A stretch of DNA of 64,000 bases from an uncultured Chloroflexia bacterium (GTDB lineage: Bacteria > Chloroflexota > Limnocylindria > Limnocylindrales > CSP1-4). Each line of letters starts with the position of its first letter. Positions within the stretch are counted from its first letter, which is position 1. The stretch is taken from positions 736,001-800,000 of the forward strand of contig CAVXPZ010000001.1 of the NCBI GenBank assembly GCA_963763775.1, read 5' to 3'. Below are positions 50,003 to 58,513 of the stretch, piece by piece. The notes below the pieces were generated by a model. It was not told where the DNA came from and ran no database searches. It saw only the letters and a list, made by a program, of their open reading frames with translations. A program made the position numbers and the translations under genes.

Positions 50003-52423
50003 GTGCCCACCGTGGACGTCCGGCTCGTCGACGTGGTCAAGAAGTACGGCGAGAACTATGCCGTCGACCACATCAACCTCGAAGTCCAGACGGGGGAGTT
50101 CTTCAGCCTCCTCGGACCGTCCGGCTGCGGCAAGACCACCACCCTGCGGATGATCGGCGGGTTCGAGGCGCCCACCTCCGGCCTGATCGAGCTCAAGGGC
50201 GAGGACGTCACGTGGCTGCCGCCGTACAAGCGCCACGTCAACACCGTCTTCCAGAACTACGCGCTGTTCCCGCACCTGACCGTGTACGAGAACGTGGCCT
50301 TCGGCCTTCGGCGCTCCAAGGTGCCCGATGCCGACGTCAAGTCGCGCGTCACCGAGATGCTCAAGCTCGTCGAGCTCCCCGGGTTCGAGGGTCGCAAGCC
50401 GACGCAGATCTCCGGTGGGCAGGCGCAGCGCGTCGCCCTGGCGCGGGCGCTCATCAACCGGCCGTCGGTCCTGCTCCTTGACGAACCGCTCGGTGCCCTC
50501 GACCTCAAGCTGCGCAAGCAGATGCAGGTCGAGCTCAAGCGCATCCAGCAGGAAGTGGGGATCACGTTCATCTTCGTGACCCACGACCAGGAAGAAGCGA
50601 TGACGATGTCGGATCGCATCGCGGTGATGAACCACGGCAAGTACGAGCAGCTGGCCGATCCCGCCAGCCTGTACGAGCGGCCGCGGACGCGGTTCGTCGC
50701 CGGGTTCCTGGGCGTGAGCAACCTCCTGCCGACGACGTCCCAGGGCACCGACGGTGCGTATTCGGTGGCGAGCCTGGCGGACGGGTCGACGATCCGCGTC
50801 CCGACCACGCTCACCGAGGGCTTCGACCAGTACGAGATCGGCGTCCGCCCCGAGAAGATCCGCCTGCGCGAGCTGACCGACGCCGTGCCAGACGGCCAGA
50901 ACCAGATGACCGGCACCGTCGTCGACGCCTCGTACCTCGGCGTCTCGACGAGCTACATCGTCGAGACCAAGGCCGGTGGCCGCGTCACGGTCTACGAGCA
51001 GAACGTCGAGCGCGCCACGCGCGCCGAGCTGTGGACCCCGGGCGAGGATGTCCGTCTCACCTGGTCGCCCGACCACACCTTCGCCGTCCAGGCGGGCGGC
51101 ACGCCGCCGCCACAGGACCCGGGGATCCCCCTCGTCGCGGGTGACGACGGCGGCGTCCCGGTGCCGCCACCCGCCCCCGGCGTCTCGCGGCGCAAGTTCC
51201 TCATCGGCGGCGCCATCGCGGTCGCGGCCGTCGGGCTCGGCGCCTTCCTCGCCTCCACGTCGGGCGGCGGCGCGCCCGCGGCATCCGAGAGTGCGGCCGC
51301 CGGCGCCTCCTCGGCGCCGCCGGAACCGTCGGTCCCGGCCTCGGCCGGCGCCTCGGCCATCGCGTCCGAGGTCCCGCCCCCGAACCCGACCGGCCCGCTC
51401 CAGTGGGCGAACTGGATCGGCTATATCGACATCGACGAGGCCACCGGCACACACCCGACGATCGAGAAGTTCACCAAGGAGACGGGGATCCAGGTCAACT
51501 ACGTCGAGTCGATCGACGGCAACGAGGAGTTCTTCACCAGCAACCTCAAGGACCCGCTCCAGGCGGGGCTGCCGACGGCCTGGGACCTCATCGTCATGAC
51601 CGACTGGATGATCGACCGGTTGGTGCGGCTCGGCTGGCTCGAGGCGCTCGACCGCGACGCCATGCCGAACTTCGTCGCGAACCTCCTGCCGCTCTACGTC
51701 GGCCGCTCGTTCGACCCGGACACGCATTTCGCGGCGCCGTGGCAGTCCGGGATGACCGGGCTGGGGTTCAACCTCAAGAAGACCGGGCCGCAGGACTCGC
51801 TCGAAGTGCTCTTCTCCGACCAGTTCGCAAAGAAGCTCACGTATCTCACGGAGATGCGCGACACGGTCGGCCTGTCGGCCCTCCGCCTCGGCGTCGACCC
51901 CGCGACGATCACCGCCGACCAGTTCGCGGCGGCTCTCGCCGAGGTCGACAAGGCCGTCAAGGCCGGGTACGTCCGACAGGTCGAGGGCAACTCCTACGTC
52001 AACACCATGGCGTCGGGTGATGCGGTCATGGCCATGGCCTGGTCTGGCGACGTCCTGACCCTGCTCGTCCCGGACCAGACGAAGGACCAGGACTTCCAAT
52101 GGGTGCTCGCCAAGGAAGGCGGGATGCTCTGGACCGACAACATGGCCGTGCCGAAGGGCTCGCCGAACAAGGTCCTCGCCCAGAAGTGGATCGACTTCTA
52201 CTACGACCCGATCAATGCGGCGACGATCGAGGCGTACGTCAACTACGTGTGCCCGGTCAAGGGCGCCCGCGACGTGATGCTGACGATCGACCCTGACCTG
52301 GCGAACAACCCGCTCATCTTCCCGCCGCCCGACTACGTCGCCCGGCTCCACCAGTTCCGCTCGACCACGGCCGAGGAAGAGCAGGCGTGGAGCGAGGCGT
52401 TCACGAAGGTCATGGGGCTCTAG
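50003..52423 (+). CDS. Fused polyamine ABC ATPase (PotA) - TM segment - substrate-binding protein (PotD)
   Basis: GPSGCGKT, ISGGQ, LLDEP, VTHDQ, TOBE-like region; SRRKFL plus hydrophobic stretch; WANWIGYID, PWQSGMTG, AWSG, WTDNM, NNPLIFP. Confidence 0.85.
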   Translation: MPTVDVRLVDVVKKYGENYAVDHINLEVQTGEFFSLLGPSGCGKTTTLRMIGGFEAPTSGLIELKGEDVTWLPPYKRHVNTVFQNYALFPHLTVYENVAFGLRRSKVPDADVKSRVTEMLKLVELPGFEGRKPTQISGGQAQRVALARALINRPSVLLLDEPLGALDLKLRKQMQVELKRIQQEVGITFIFVTHDQEEAMTMSDRIAVMNHGKYEQLADPASLYERPRTRFVAGFLGVSNLLPTTSQGTDGAYSVASLADGSTIRVPTTLTEGFDQYEIGVRPEKIRLRELTDAVPDGQNQMTGTVVDASYLGVSTSYIVETKAGGRVTVYEQNVERATRAELWTPGEDVRLTWSPDHTFAVQAGGTPPPQDPGIPLVAGDDGGVPVPPPAPGVSRRKFLIGGAIAVAAVGLGAFLASTSGGGAPAASESAAAGASSAPPEPSVPASAGASAIASEVPPPNPTGPLQWANWIGYIDIDEATGTHPTIEKFTKETGIQVNYVESIDGNEEFFTSNLKDPLQAGLPTAWDLIVMTDWMIDRLVRLGWLEALDRDAMPNFVANLLPLYVGRSFDPDTHFAAPWQSGMTGLGFNLKKTGPQDSLEVLFSDQFAKKLTYLTEMRDTVGLSALRLGVDPATITADQFAAALAEVDKAVKAGYVRQVEGNSYVNTMASGDAVMAMAWSGDVLTLLVPDQTKDQDFQWVLAKEGGMLWTDNMAVPKGSPNKVLAQKWIDFYYDPINAATIEAYVNYVCPVKGARDVMLTIDPDLANNPLIFPPPDYVARLHQFRSTTAEEEQAWSEAFTKVMGL

Positions 52424-52428
52424 CCACC

Positions 52429-53424
52429 ATGCGACGCGCGGTGAGCTTCCGCACCATCGCCCCATATGCCCTGCTGCTGCCGGGCCTCCTCTGGCTCGCG
52501 ATCTTCTTCGTCTACCCGGCCATCCAGATGTTCCTCGTGTCGCTGTGGACCGGGTCCATCTCGACCGGGTTCACGCAGACGTGGAACTGGGGCATCTACC
52601 CGGAGGCGTTCTCCGAGTACTGGCCCTGGATCGGCCGCTCCATCGTGTATGGCGGCCTCGCCACGATCCTGGCGTTCTCGCTGGGCTTCCCGCTCGCGTA
52701 CGCGATCGCGTTCCGCGGCGGCGCCTACAAGAACCTGCTGCTGTTCATGGTCATCGCGCCGTTCTTCACGAGCTTCCTGCTGCGGACGATCTCCTGGAAG
52801 ATCATCCTCTCGGACGACGGGATCTTCCTCGGACCGCTCAAGACGATCGGGATCATCCCGGCCGACTTCCAGCTGCTCGCGACGCCAGCGGCCGTGATCG
52901 CCGGGATCACGTACAACTTCCTGCCGTTCATGACGCTGCCGCTGTACGTCGCCCTCGAGAAGATCGACCGGCGGCTGCTGGAGGCGGCGTCCGACCTGTA
53001 CGCCGGGCCGTGGCGCCCGCGCGGCACCATCGTCGGGGCCATCGTCGGCGGCGTCCTCGGCGCCATCGTCGGCATCGTCATGGACTACGGCCCGCTCTCG
53101 CTCGGCATCCCCGGGCTGATCCTCGGCATGCTCGTCGGGACGTTCCTGATCAGCGAGGCCTTCATCCGGGTCACGCTCCCGCTCGCCTTGCCTGGCATCT
53201 TCGCCGGCTCGCTGCTGGTGTTCATCCCGGCGGTCGGCGACTACATCAACGCGGAGCTGCTCGGCAACCCGCAGTCCCTGATGATCGGCAACGTCATCCA
53301 GGCGCGGTACCTCAAGGTGACGGACTATCCGACCGCGTCGGCGCTGTCGTTCATCCTCATGGCCGCGATCCTCGTCGGCGTCCTCATCTACACCCGACTC
53401 CTCGGGACCGAGGAGCTGGTCTGA
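52429..53424 (+). CDS. potB: Polyamine ABC permease PotB with hydrophobic insertion in the EAA loop
   Basis: GFPLAY, PFFTSFLLR, YNFLPFM.LPLY, EAASDL...RVTLPL, FIPAVGDY, MIGN. Confidence 0.9.
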   Translation: MRRAVSFRTIAPYALLLPGLLWLAIFFVYPAIQMFLVSLWTGSISTGFTQTWNWGIYPEAFSEYWPWIGRSIVYGGLATILAFSLGFPLAYAIAFRGGAYKNLLLFMVIAPFFTSFLLRTISWKIILSDDGIFLGPLKTIGIIPADFQLLATPAAVIAGITYNFLPFMTLPLYVALEKIDRRLLEAASDLYAGPWRPRGTIVGAIVGGVLGAIVGIVMDYGPLSLGIPGLILGMLVGTFLISEAFIRVTLPLALPGIFAGSLLVFIPAVGDYINAELLGNPQSLMIGNVIQARYLKVTDYPTASALSFILMAAILVGVLIYTRLLGTEELV

Positions 53425-54314
53425 TGGCTGTCGCGACCGTGGCCTCCACCCGTCCCGCGTCCCTTGGCGACCGGCTCCACCGGGCTGCCGATCGGTGGCT
53501 CCTGCCGATCTACGTCGTGGGCGTGACCCTGTACCTGATCCTGCCGGTCCTCGTGATGATCGCGTTCAGCTTCAACGACCCGGCCGGCCGGTCCAACCTC
53601 CAGTGGCGTGGCTTCTCGCTCGACGCCTGGATGAACCCGCTCGGGCGCCCGGGCCTCCCCGAGGCGGTCCGGAACAGCCTCCTCATCGCCTTCCTGTCGA
53701 CGATCGTCGCGACGATGCTCGGGACGCTGATCGCGCTGGCGCTCGTCCGGTACTCCTTCCGGGGCCGATCCGGGACGAACCTGCTGATCTTCCTCCCGAT
53801 GTCGACGCCGGAGATCGTGCTCGGAGCCTCGCTCCTGACGACGTTCGTGGCGTCGGTCAAGCTGCCGTTCATCCCCCAGGGGATCGTCTATCCGCTCAGC
53901 ATCACCACGATCGTCATCGCCCACATCATGTTCTGCATCAGCTTCGTGGTCGTCACCGTGAAGGCCCGGTTGCAGGGGTTCCCGAGGCACCTCGAGGAGG
54001 CGGCCATGGACCTCGGCGCCAACGAATGGACGACCTTCTGGAAGGTGACGTTCCCGCTCATCCTCCCGGGCATCGCGGCCGCGGGGCTGCTCGCGTTCAG
54101 CCTGTCGATCGACGACTACGTGGTGACGAGCTTCACGGCCGGCCAGACCCAGACCTTCCCGCTCTTCATCTACGGTTCCCAGCTGCGCGGCATCCCCGTC
54201 CAGGTGAATGTCATCGGCACCATCATCTTCGTGGTGGCGGTCATGTTCGTCCTCATGACGACGCTCTGGCAGCGTCGGGTGGCCGCGAGGGAGTACAACA
54301 GCGGCATCGTCTGA
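53424..54314 (+). CDS. potC: Polyamine ABC permease PotC
   Basis: FSFN, NSL.IA, PEIV.G, AH, EEAAMDLGA, FWKVTFP, SIDD. Confidence 0.9.
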   Translation: MAVATVASTRPASLGDRLHRAADRWLLPIYVVGVTLYLILPVLVMIAFSFNDPAGRSNLQWRGFSLDAWMNPLGRPGLPEAVRNSLLIAFLSTIVATMLGTLIALALVRYSFRGRSGTNLLIFLPMSTPEIVLGASLLTTFVASVKLPFIPQGIVYPLSITTIVIAHIMFCISFVVVTVKARLQGFPRHLEEAAMDLGANEWTTFWKVTFPLILPGIAAAGLLAFSLSIDDYVVTSFTAGQTQTFPLFIYGSQLRGIPVQVNVIGTIIFVVAVMFVLMTTLWQRRVAAREYNSGIV

Positions 54315-54342
54315 CGACGACCGCCATCCGGAGGCTTCTCGC

Positions 54343-55671
54343 ATGGTCGACACCGCCGACGCACCCGCTCGCGCCGCCGGGGCTCCCCTCCCCGACCACG
54401 CCGTGGTCCCGCCCGTCTGGGGCCGCATCACCAACCTCGACGTCGATCGCGGCGAGGGATCCTGGCTGATCACCCGCGACGGGGATCGCTACCTCGACTA
54501 TTCGTCGGGGATCGGGGTCACGAACACGGGCCACGCCCACCCACGGGTGGCGGCCGCCGTCGCGGCACAGGCGACGAAGCTGCTCCACGGGCAGCAGAAC
54601 ATCCTCTACCACGAGCCCGGGTTGCGGCTCTACGACCGGTTGCGGCACGTGCTGCCCGGCGGGCCGTGGCAGGCGTTCCTGTCGAACTCGGGCGCGGAGG
54701 CGGTCGAGGCGTCGGTGAAGCTGGCCCGCGCCGCCACGGGCCGCCCGGCGATCATGGCGTTCCGTTACGGCTATCACGGCCGGACCGCCCAGACGATGGC
54801 CCTGACGACCGCGAAGGACGTCTACCGGGCGGCTTTCGAGCCGCTGCCGGGGTCCGTGTACCACACGCCCTACCCGTACTGCTACCGGGCCGCGGGCGGT
54901 CCCCATCCGATCGACGCGTGTACCTGCGATTGGGAGGAGCAGCTCGACCTGACGTTCCACCAGTTCATCTACCCGGACCGCGTGGCGGCGATCATCATCG
55001 AGCCCGTCCTGGGCGAAGGCGGGTATCTCGTCCCGCCGACCGGGTTCCTGCCGCGGCTCCGCGAGATCACCCGCGAGCACGGGATCCTGCTGATCGCCGA
55101 CGAGGTCCAGACGGGCTTCGGCCGGACCGGCGAGATGTTCGCCGTCCAGCATTGGGGCGTCGAGCCCGACATCCTCGTGATGGCCAAGGGCATCGCGTCG
55201 GGCCTCCCGCTGTCGGGCATCCTCGCGCGCCAGGACCTCATGGCCGCCTGGAAACCCGGGACGCACGGCGGCACGTACGGCGGCAATGTGGTGTCATGCG
55301 CGGCCGCGAACGCGACCCTCGACGTCATCGAGGACGAGGGACTCGTGGCCAATGCGCGGGAGCGTGGCCGCCAGTTCCTCGACGGTCTCAGGACCCTGGC
55401 CGGCAAGTACGGGTCGATCGGCGACGTGCGCGGCCTCGGGCTGATGGTCGCGATCGAGCTGGTCAAGCCGGGGATCGGCGACGGCCGCACGCCGGACCCG
55501 GACCTCACGAAACGGATCCAGGCCGAGGCCCTCGCCCGCAAGCTGATCGTGCTGACCGCCGGCACCTACGTGAACGTGGTCCGGATCATCCCGCCCCTGG
55601 TCACGACGGCCGCCGAGGTCGACCAGGCGCTCGGCATCCTCGACGAGGCGCTGGCCGCCGCCGGGGCGTGA
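54343..55671 (+). CDS. Class III PLP aminotransferase (GabT/putrescine aminotransferase-like)
   Basis: NSGAEAVE, YHGRT, EPVLGEGG, DEVQTGFGRTG, MAKGIASG, GTYGGN. Confidence 0.9.
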   Translation: MVDTADAPARAAGAPLPDHAVVPPVWGRITNLDVDRGEGSWLITRDGDRYLDYSSGIGVTNTGHAHPRVAAAVAAQATKLLHGQQNILYHEPGLRLYDRLRHVLPGGPWQAFLSNSGAEAVEASVKLARAATGRPAIMAFRYGYHGRTAQTMALTTAKDVYRAAFEPLPGSVYHTPYPYCYRAAGGPHPIDACTCDWEEQLDLTFHQFIYPDRVAAIIIEPVLGEGGYLVPPTGFLPRLREITREHGILLIADEVQTGFGRTGEMFAVQHWGVEPDILVMAKGIASGLPLSGILARQDLMAAWKPGTHGGTYGGNVVSCAAANATLDVIEDEGLVANARERGRQFLDGLRTLAGKYGSIGDVRGLGLMVAIELVKPGIGDGRTPDPDLTKRIQAEALARKLIVLTAGTYVNVVRIIPPLVTTAAEVDQALGILDEALAAAGA

Positions 55672-56267
55672 CCGTCGTCGTCCTTCCTGCGACGCCCGAG
55701 CGGTGGGACGACGTCGCGGCCGTGTTCGCCGGCGACGGGCCCAAGGGCTGCTGGTGCCACGTCTGGCGCACGCTCAGCCCCATCCCGCCAGCGCAGGGTG
55801 ACGGCTCCGGCGAGCGGAACCTGCGGACCCAGGTCGAGACGGACCCGACGCCGCCCGGTCTGCTCGCCTACGACGATGGCGTCCCGTCAGGCTGGATCCG
55901 GCTCGGACCGCGTGACGGCATCGGGCGGCTCGTCCGGTCGAGGACGATCCCGCGGATCGACGACGTGCCCGTCTGGTCGATCGTGTGCTTCAAGGTCCTG
56001 CCCGGCCATCGCCGCAAGGGCGTCGCGCGGGCGCTGCTGGCTGGGGCCGTGGACTTCGCGAGCGGTTCGGGGGCCCCGGCGCTCGAGGCCTACCCCATCG
56101 ACGCGGGGGGCCGGCGCCTCGACGTGTCGTTCTCGTTCGTCGGCTTCACCTCGATGTTCGAGGCGGCCGGGTTCCGAAGGGTGGCCGAGACGAACGCCCA
56201 TAGCGCCGGGCGGCCGCGGATCCTCATGCGCCTCGACCTGACCGAGGCGGCCGTCACGGCCGGCTAG
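55668..56267 (+). CDS. GNAT family N-acetyltransferase
   Basis: GCWC, WSIVCF.V...HRRKGVARALL, LEAYP, F..AGF. Confidence 0.85.
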   Translation: MTVVVLPATPERWDDVAAVFAGDGPKGCWCHVWRTLSPIPPAQGDGSGERNLRTQVETDPTPPGLLAYDDGVPSGWIRLGPRDGIGRLVRSRTIPRIDDVPVWSIVCFKVLPGHRRKGVARALLAGAVDFASGSGAPALEAYPIDAGGRRLDVSFSFVGFTSMFEAAGFRRVAETNAHSAGRPRILMRLDLTEAAVTAG

Positions 56268-57535
56268 ACCAGCCCGACCTCGCGAGCCTCGCGGGTCAAG
56301 GCGTCGCGGTGGTCCGGGTGCGCGATCCCGATGAGGGAGGCGGCCCGCTCGCGCAGGGACCGGCCGAAGAGCTCGGCGACGCCATACTCGGTGACGATCG
56401 TCCGGGCATGGGCACGGGTGGTCACGACGCCGGCGCCCTCCTTGAGCGTGGCCACGATCCGGGACATCGATCCGCCGGCGGCGGTCGACGGCAGGGCGAT
56501 GATCGCGCGGCCCTCCGAAGCCAGCGCGGCGCCACGGATGAAGTCCATCTGGCCGCCGACACCGCTGTACACATGCGATCCGATGGAGTCGGCGACGACC
56601 TGGCCGGTCAGGTCGACCTCGATGGCGGAGTTGATCGCCGTCATCCGGCTGAACGAGCGGATGACGTGCGTGTCGTTCGTGAAATCGACCGAGCGCATCT
56701 CGATCATCGGGTTGTCGTGGACGAACCGGTACAGCCGGTCGCTGCCCATCATGAACGCCGTCACGATCTTCCCGCGGTTGCGCTCCTTGCGCGCTCCCGT
56801 GATGACGCCCGCCTCCACGAGGTCGACCACGCTGTCGGTGAACATCTCGGTGTGGACACCGAGGTCGCGGTGGTCGCGAAGCGCCAGGGCCGTCGCGGCC
56901 GGGATGGCCCCGATCCCCAGCTGGATCGTGGCGCCGTCCGGCACGAGCTCGGCGACGTACTGGCCGATCCGGCGCTCGATGTCGCCGATCGGGCCGACCG
57001 GCCGGGCGTACGGGGGGATGTCGACTTCGATCGCGAGGTCGATGTCGTCGACGTGGATGAAGCTCTCGCCGAGCGTGCGCGGGAGCGCGGGGTTGAGCTG
57101 GGCGATGACGGTCGTCGCCGCGCGGATCGCCGCATGCATCGCCTCCACCGAGACGTTCAGCGAGCAGAAGCCGTGGGCGTCCGGCGGGGTCACGTTCACG
57201 AGGACGGCATCGAGCGGGACCGCCCCGGATTCGAACAGCCGCGGCACGTCCGAGAGGAAGACCGGGACATAGTCCGCACGGCCCTCGCGGATCGCCGCCC
57301 GGGCGTTCGGCCCCACGAACAGGGCCCGGTGCCGGAAGTGCCCGGCCATCTCCGGCGCGAGGTGCGGGCCCGGACCTTCCGTGTGCAGGTGGACCATCCC
57401 CACGTCGCGCAACTCTGGCGCGCGCGCCACGAGCGCGTCGAGCAGGACGCTCGGCGCCGCGGCCGCGCATTGGACATAGACCTGGTCGCCGGAACGGATC
57501 CCGGCGACGGCCTCGTCAGGGGCGACGATTCGCAT
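56264..57535 (-). CDS. Acetyl-CoA hydrolase/transferase family (4-hydroxybutyrate CoA-transferase-like)
   Basis: QLGIGAIP, LGVHTEMF (catalytic Glu), NSAIEVDLTGQ, SGVGGQMDF, VTEYGVA. Confidence 0.9.
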   Translation of the reverse strand: MRIVAPDEAVAGIRSGDQVYVQCAAAAPSVLLDALVARAPELRDVGMVHLHTEGPGPHLAPEMAGHFRHRALFVGPNARAAIREGRADYVPVFLSDVPRLFESGAVPLDAVLVNVTPPDAHGFCSLNVSVEAMHAAIRAATTVIAQLNPALPRTLGESFIHVDDIDLAIEVDIPPYARPVGPIGDIERRIGQYVAELVPDGATIQLGIGAIPAATALALRDHRDLGVHTEMFTDSVVDLVEAGVITGARKERNRGKIVTAFMMGSDRLYRFVHDNPMIEMRSVDFTNDTHVIRSFSRMTAINSAIEVDLTGQVVADSIGSHVYSGVGGQMDFIRGAALASEGRAIIALPSTAAGGSMSRIVATLKEGAGVVTTRAHARTIVTEYGVAELFGRSLRERAASLIGIAHPDHRDALTREAREVGLV

Positions 57536-57672
57536 CCGGCACCGGTCGAGATCGTGACAGGAGGTTCATGAGGGACGTCATCGCGAACCCAGCATGCCGG
57601 TGCGGCGCGGGGCGTCCACACGGCCGGATGGCCCGGTCCGAGGGTCCGAGCGGCAGGTTCACGGTCCCGAAC

Positions 57673-58513
57673 CTACCCAGCCAGCAGCCGGTCTCGGACC
57701 GTGTCGTGGAGCAGGCCGTTCGAGGTCAGGAAGGAGCCGCTGTCGATCGCGCGACGGCCGTCGAGGTCCGTGACACGCCCGCCGGCCTCCTCGACGAGGA
57801 CCAGCGGCGCGGCGGCGTCCCACGACTTCAGCCCGACCTCGACCATGGCCTCGGCCGCGCCCTCCGCGACGAGCGCGTAGCCCCAGAAGTCGCCGAATCC
57901 GCGCTCGCGCCAGACGTCGTCGAGCAGGCCGCGTGAACCCGGGGGCGCGACCGGACGCGGCGATGTCGCGGGCCGAGCCGTAGAGCACCTGGGCGTCCTC
58001 GAGTGCCGCGACCCGGGACACCCGGATGCGCCGCGGTGGCTCGCCGCGGTGGCTCGCCCACGCCCCGCCGGCGCGCCAGGCCCACCAGCGCTCGTCGAGC
58101 GCCGGCGCCGACAGCACGGCGGCCTGCAACTCCCCGTCACGCTCGACGGCGAGCAGCGTCCCGAACAACGGCACGCCGCGGATGTAGTTGTGCGTCCCGT
58201 CGATCGGGTCGATGTACCAGCGGACCGAGGCATCGCCGGCCTCGGTGCCGTATTCCTCGCCGACCAGACCGTGGTCCGGGAACGCGTCCAGCAGCCGGCC
58301 GCGGATCATGCGTTCGATCGCGGTGTCCGCCTGGGTGACGAACGTCCGGTCCGGCTTGGTCTCGATGGTCAGGTCGCGTCGGAAGTGCTCGCGCGCGATG
58401 CCGTCGGCCTCGTCGCACGCCGCCATGGCCACGTCGAGCCAGCCGCGCAGCTCGGCGTCCGTGCCACGTCGACGCTCGGCGGACCACTCGGTCCCGTACG
58501 GCCGCTCGCTCAT
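57673..58513 (-). CDS. hisN: Histidinol-phosphatase, inositol monophosphatase family; frameshift near 57935
   Basis: KPDRTFVTQAD, GEE, WYIDPIDGTHN, RGFGDFW, WDAAA..VEEAGG. Confidence 0.8.
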
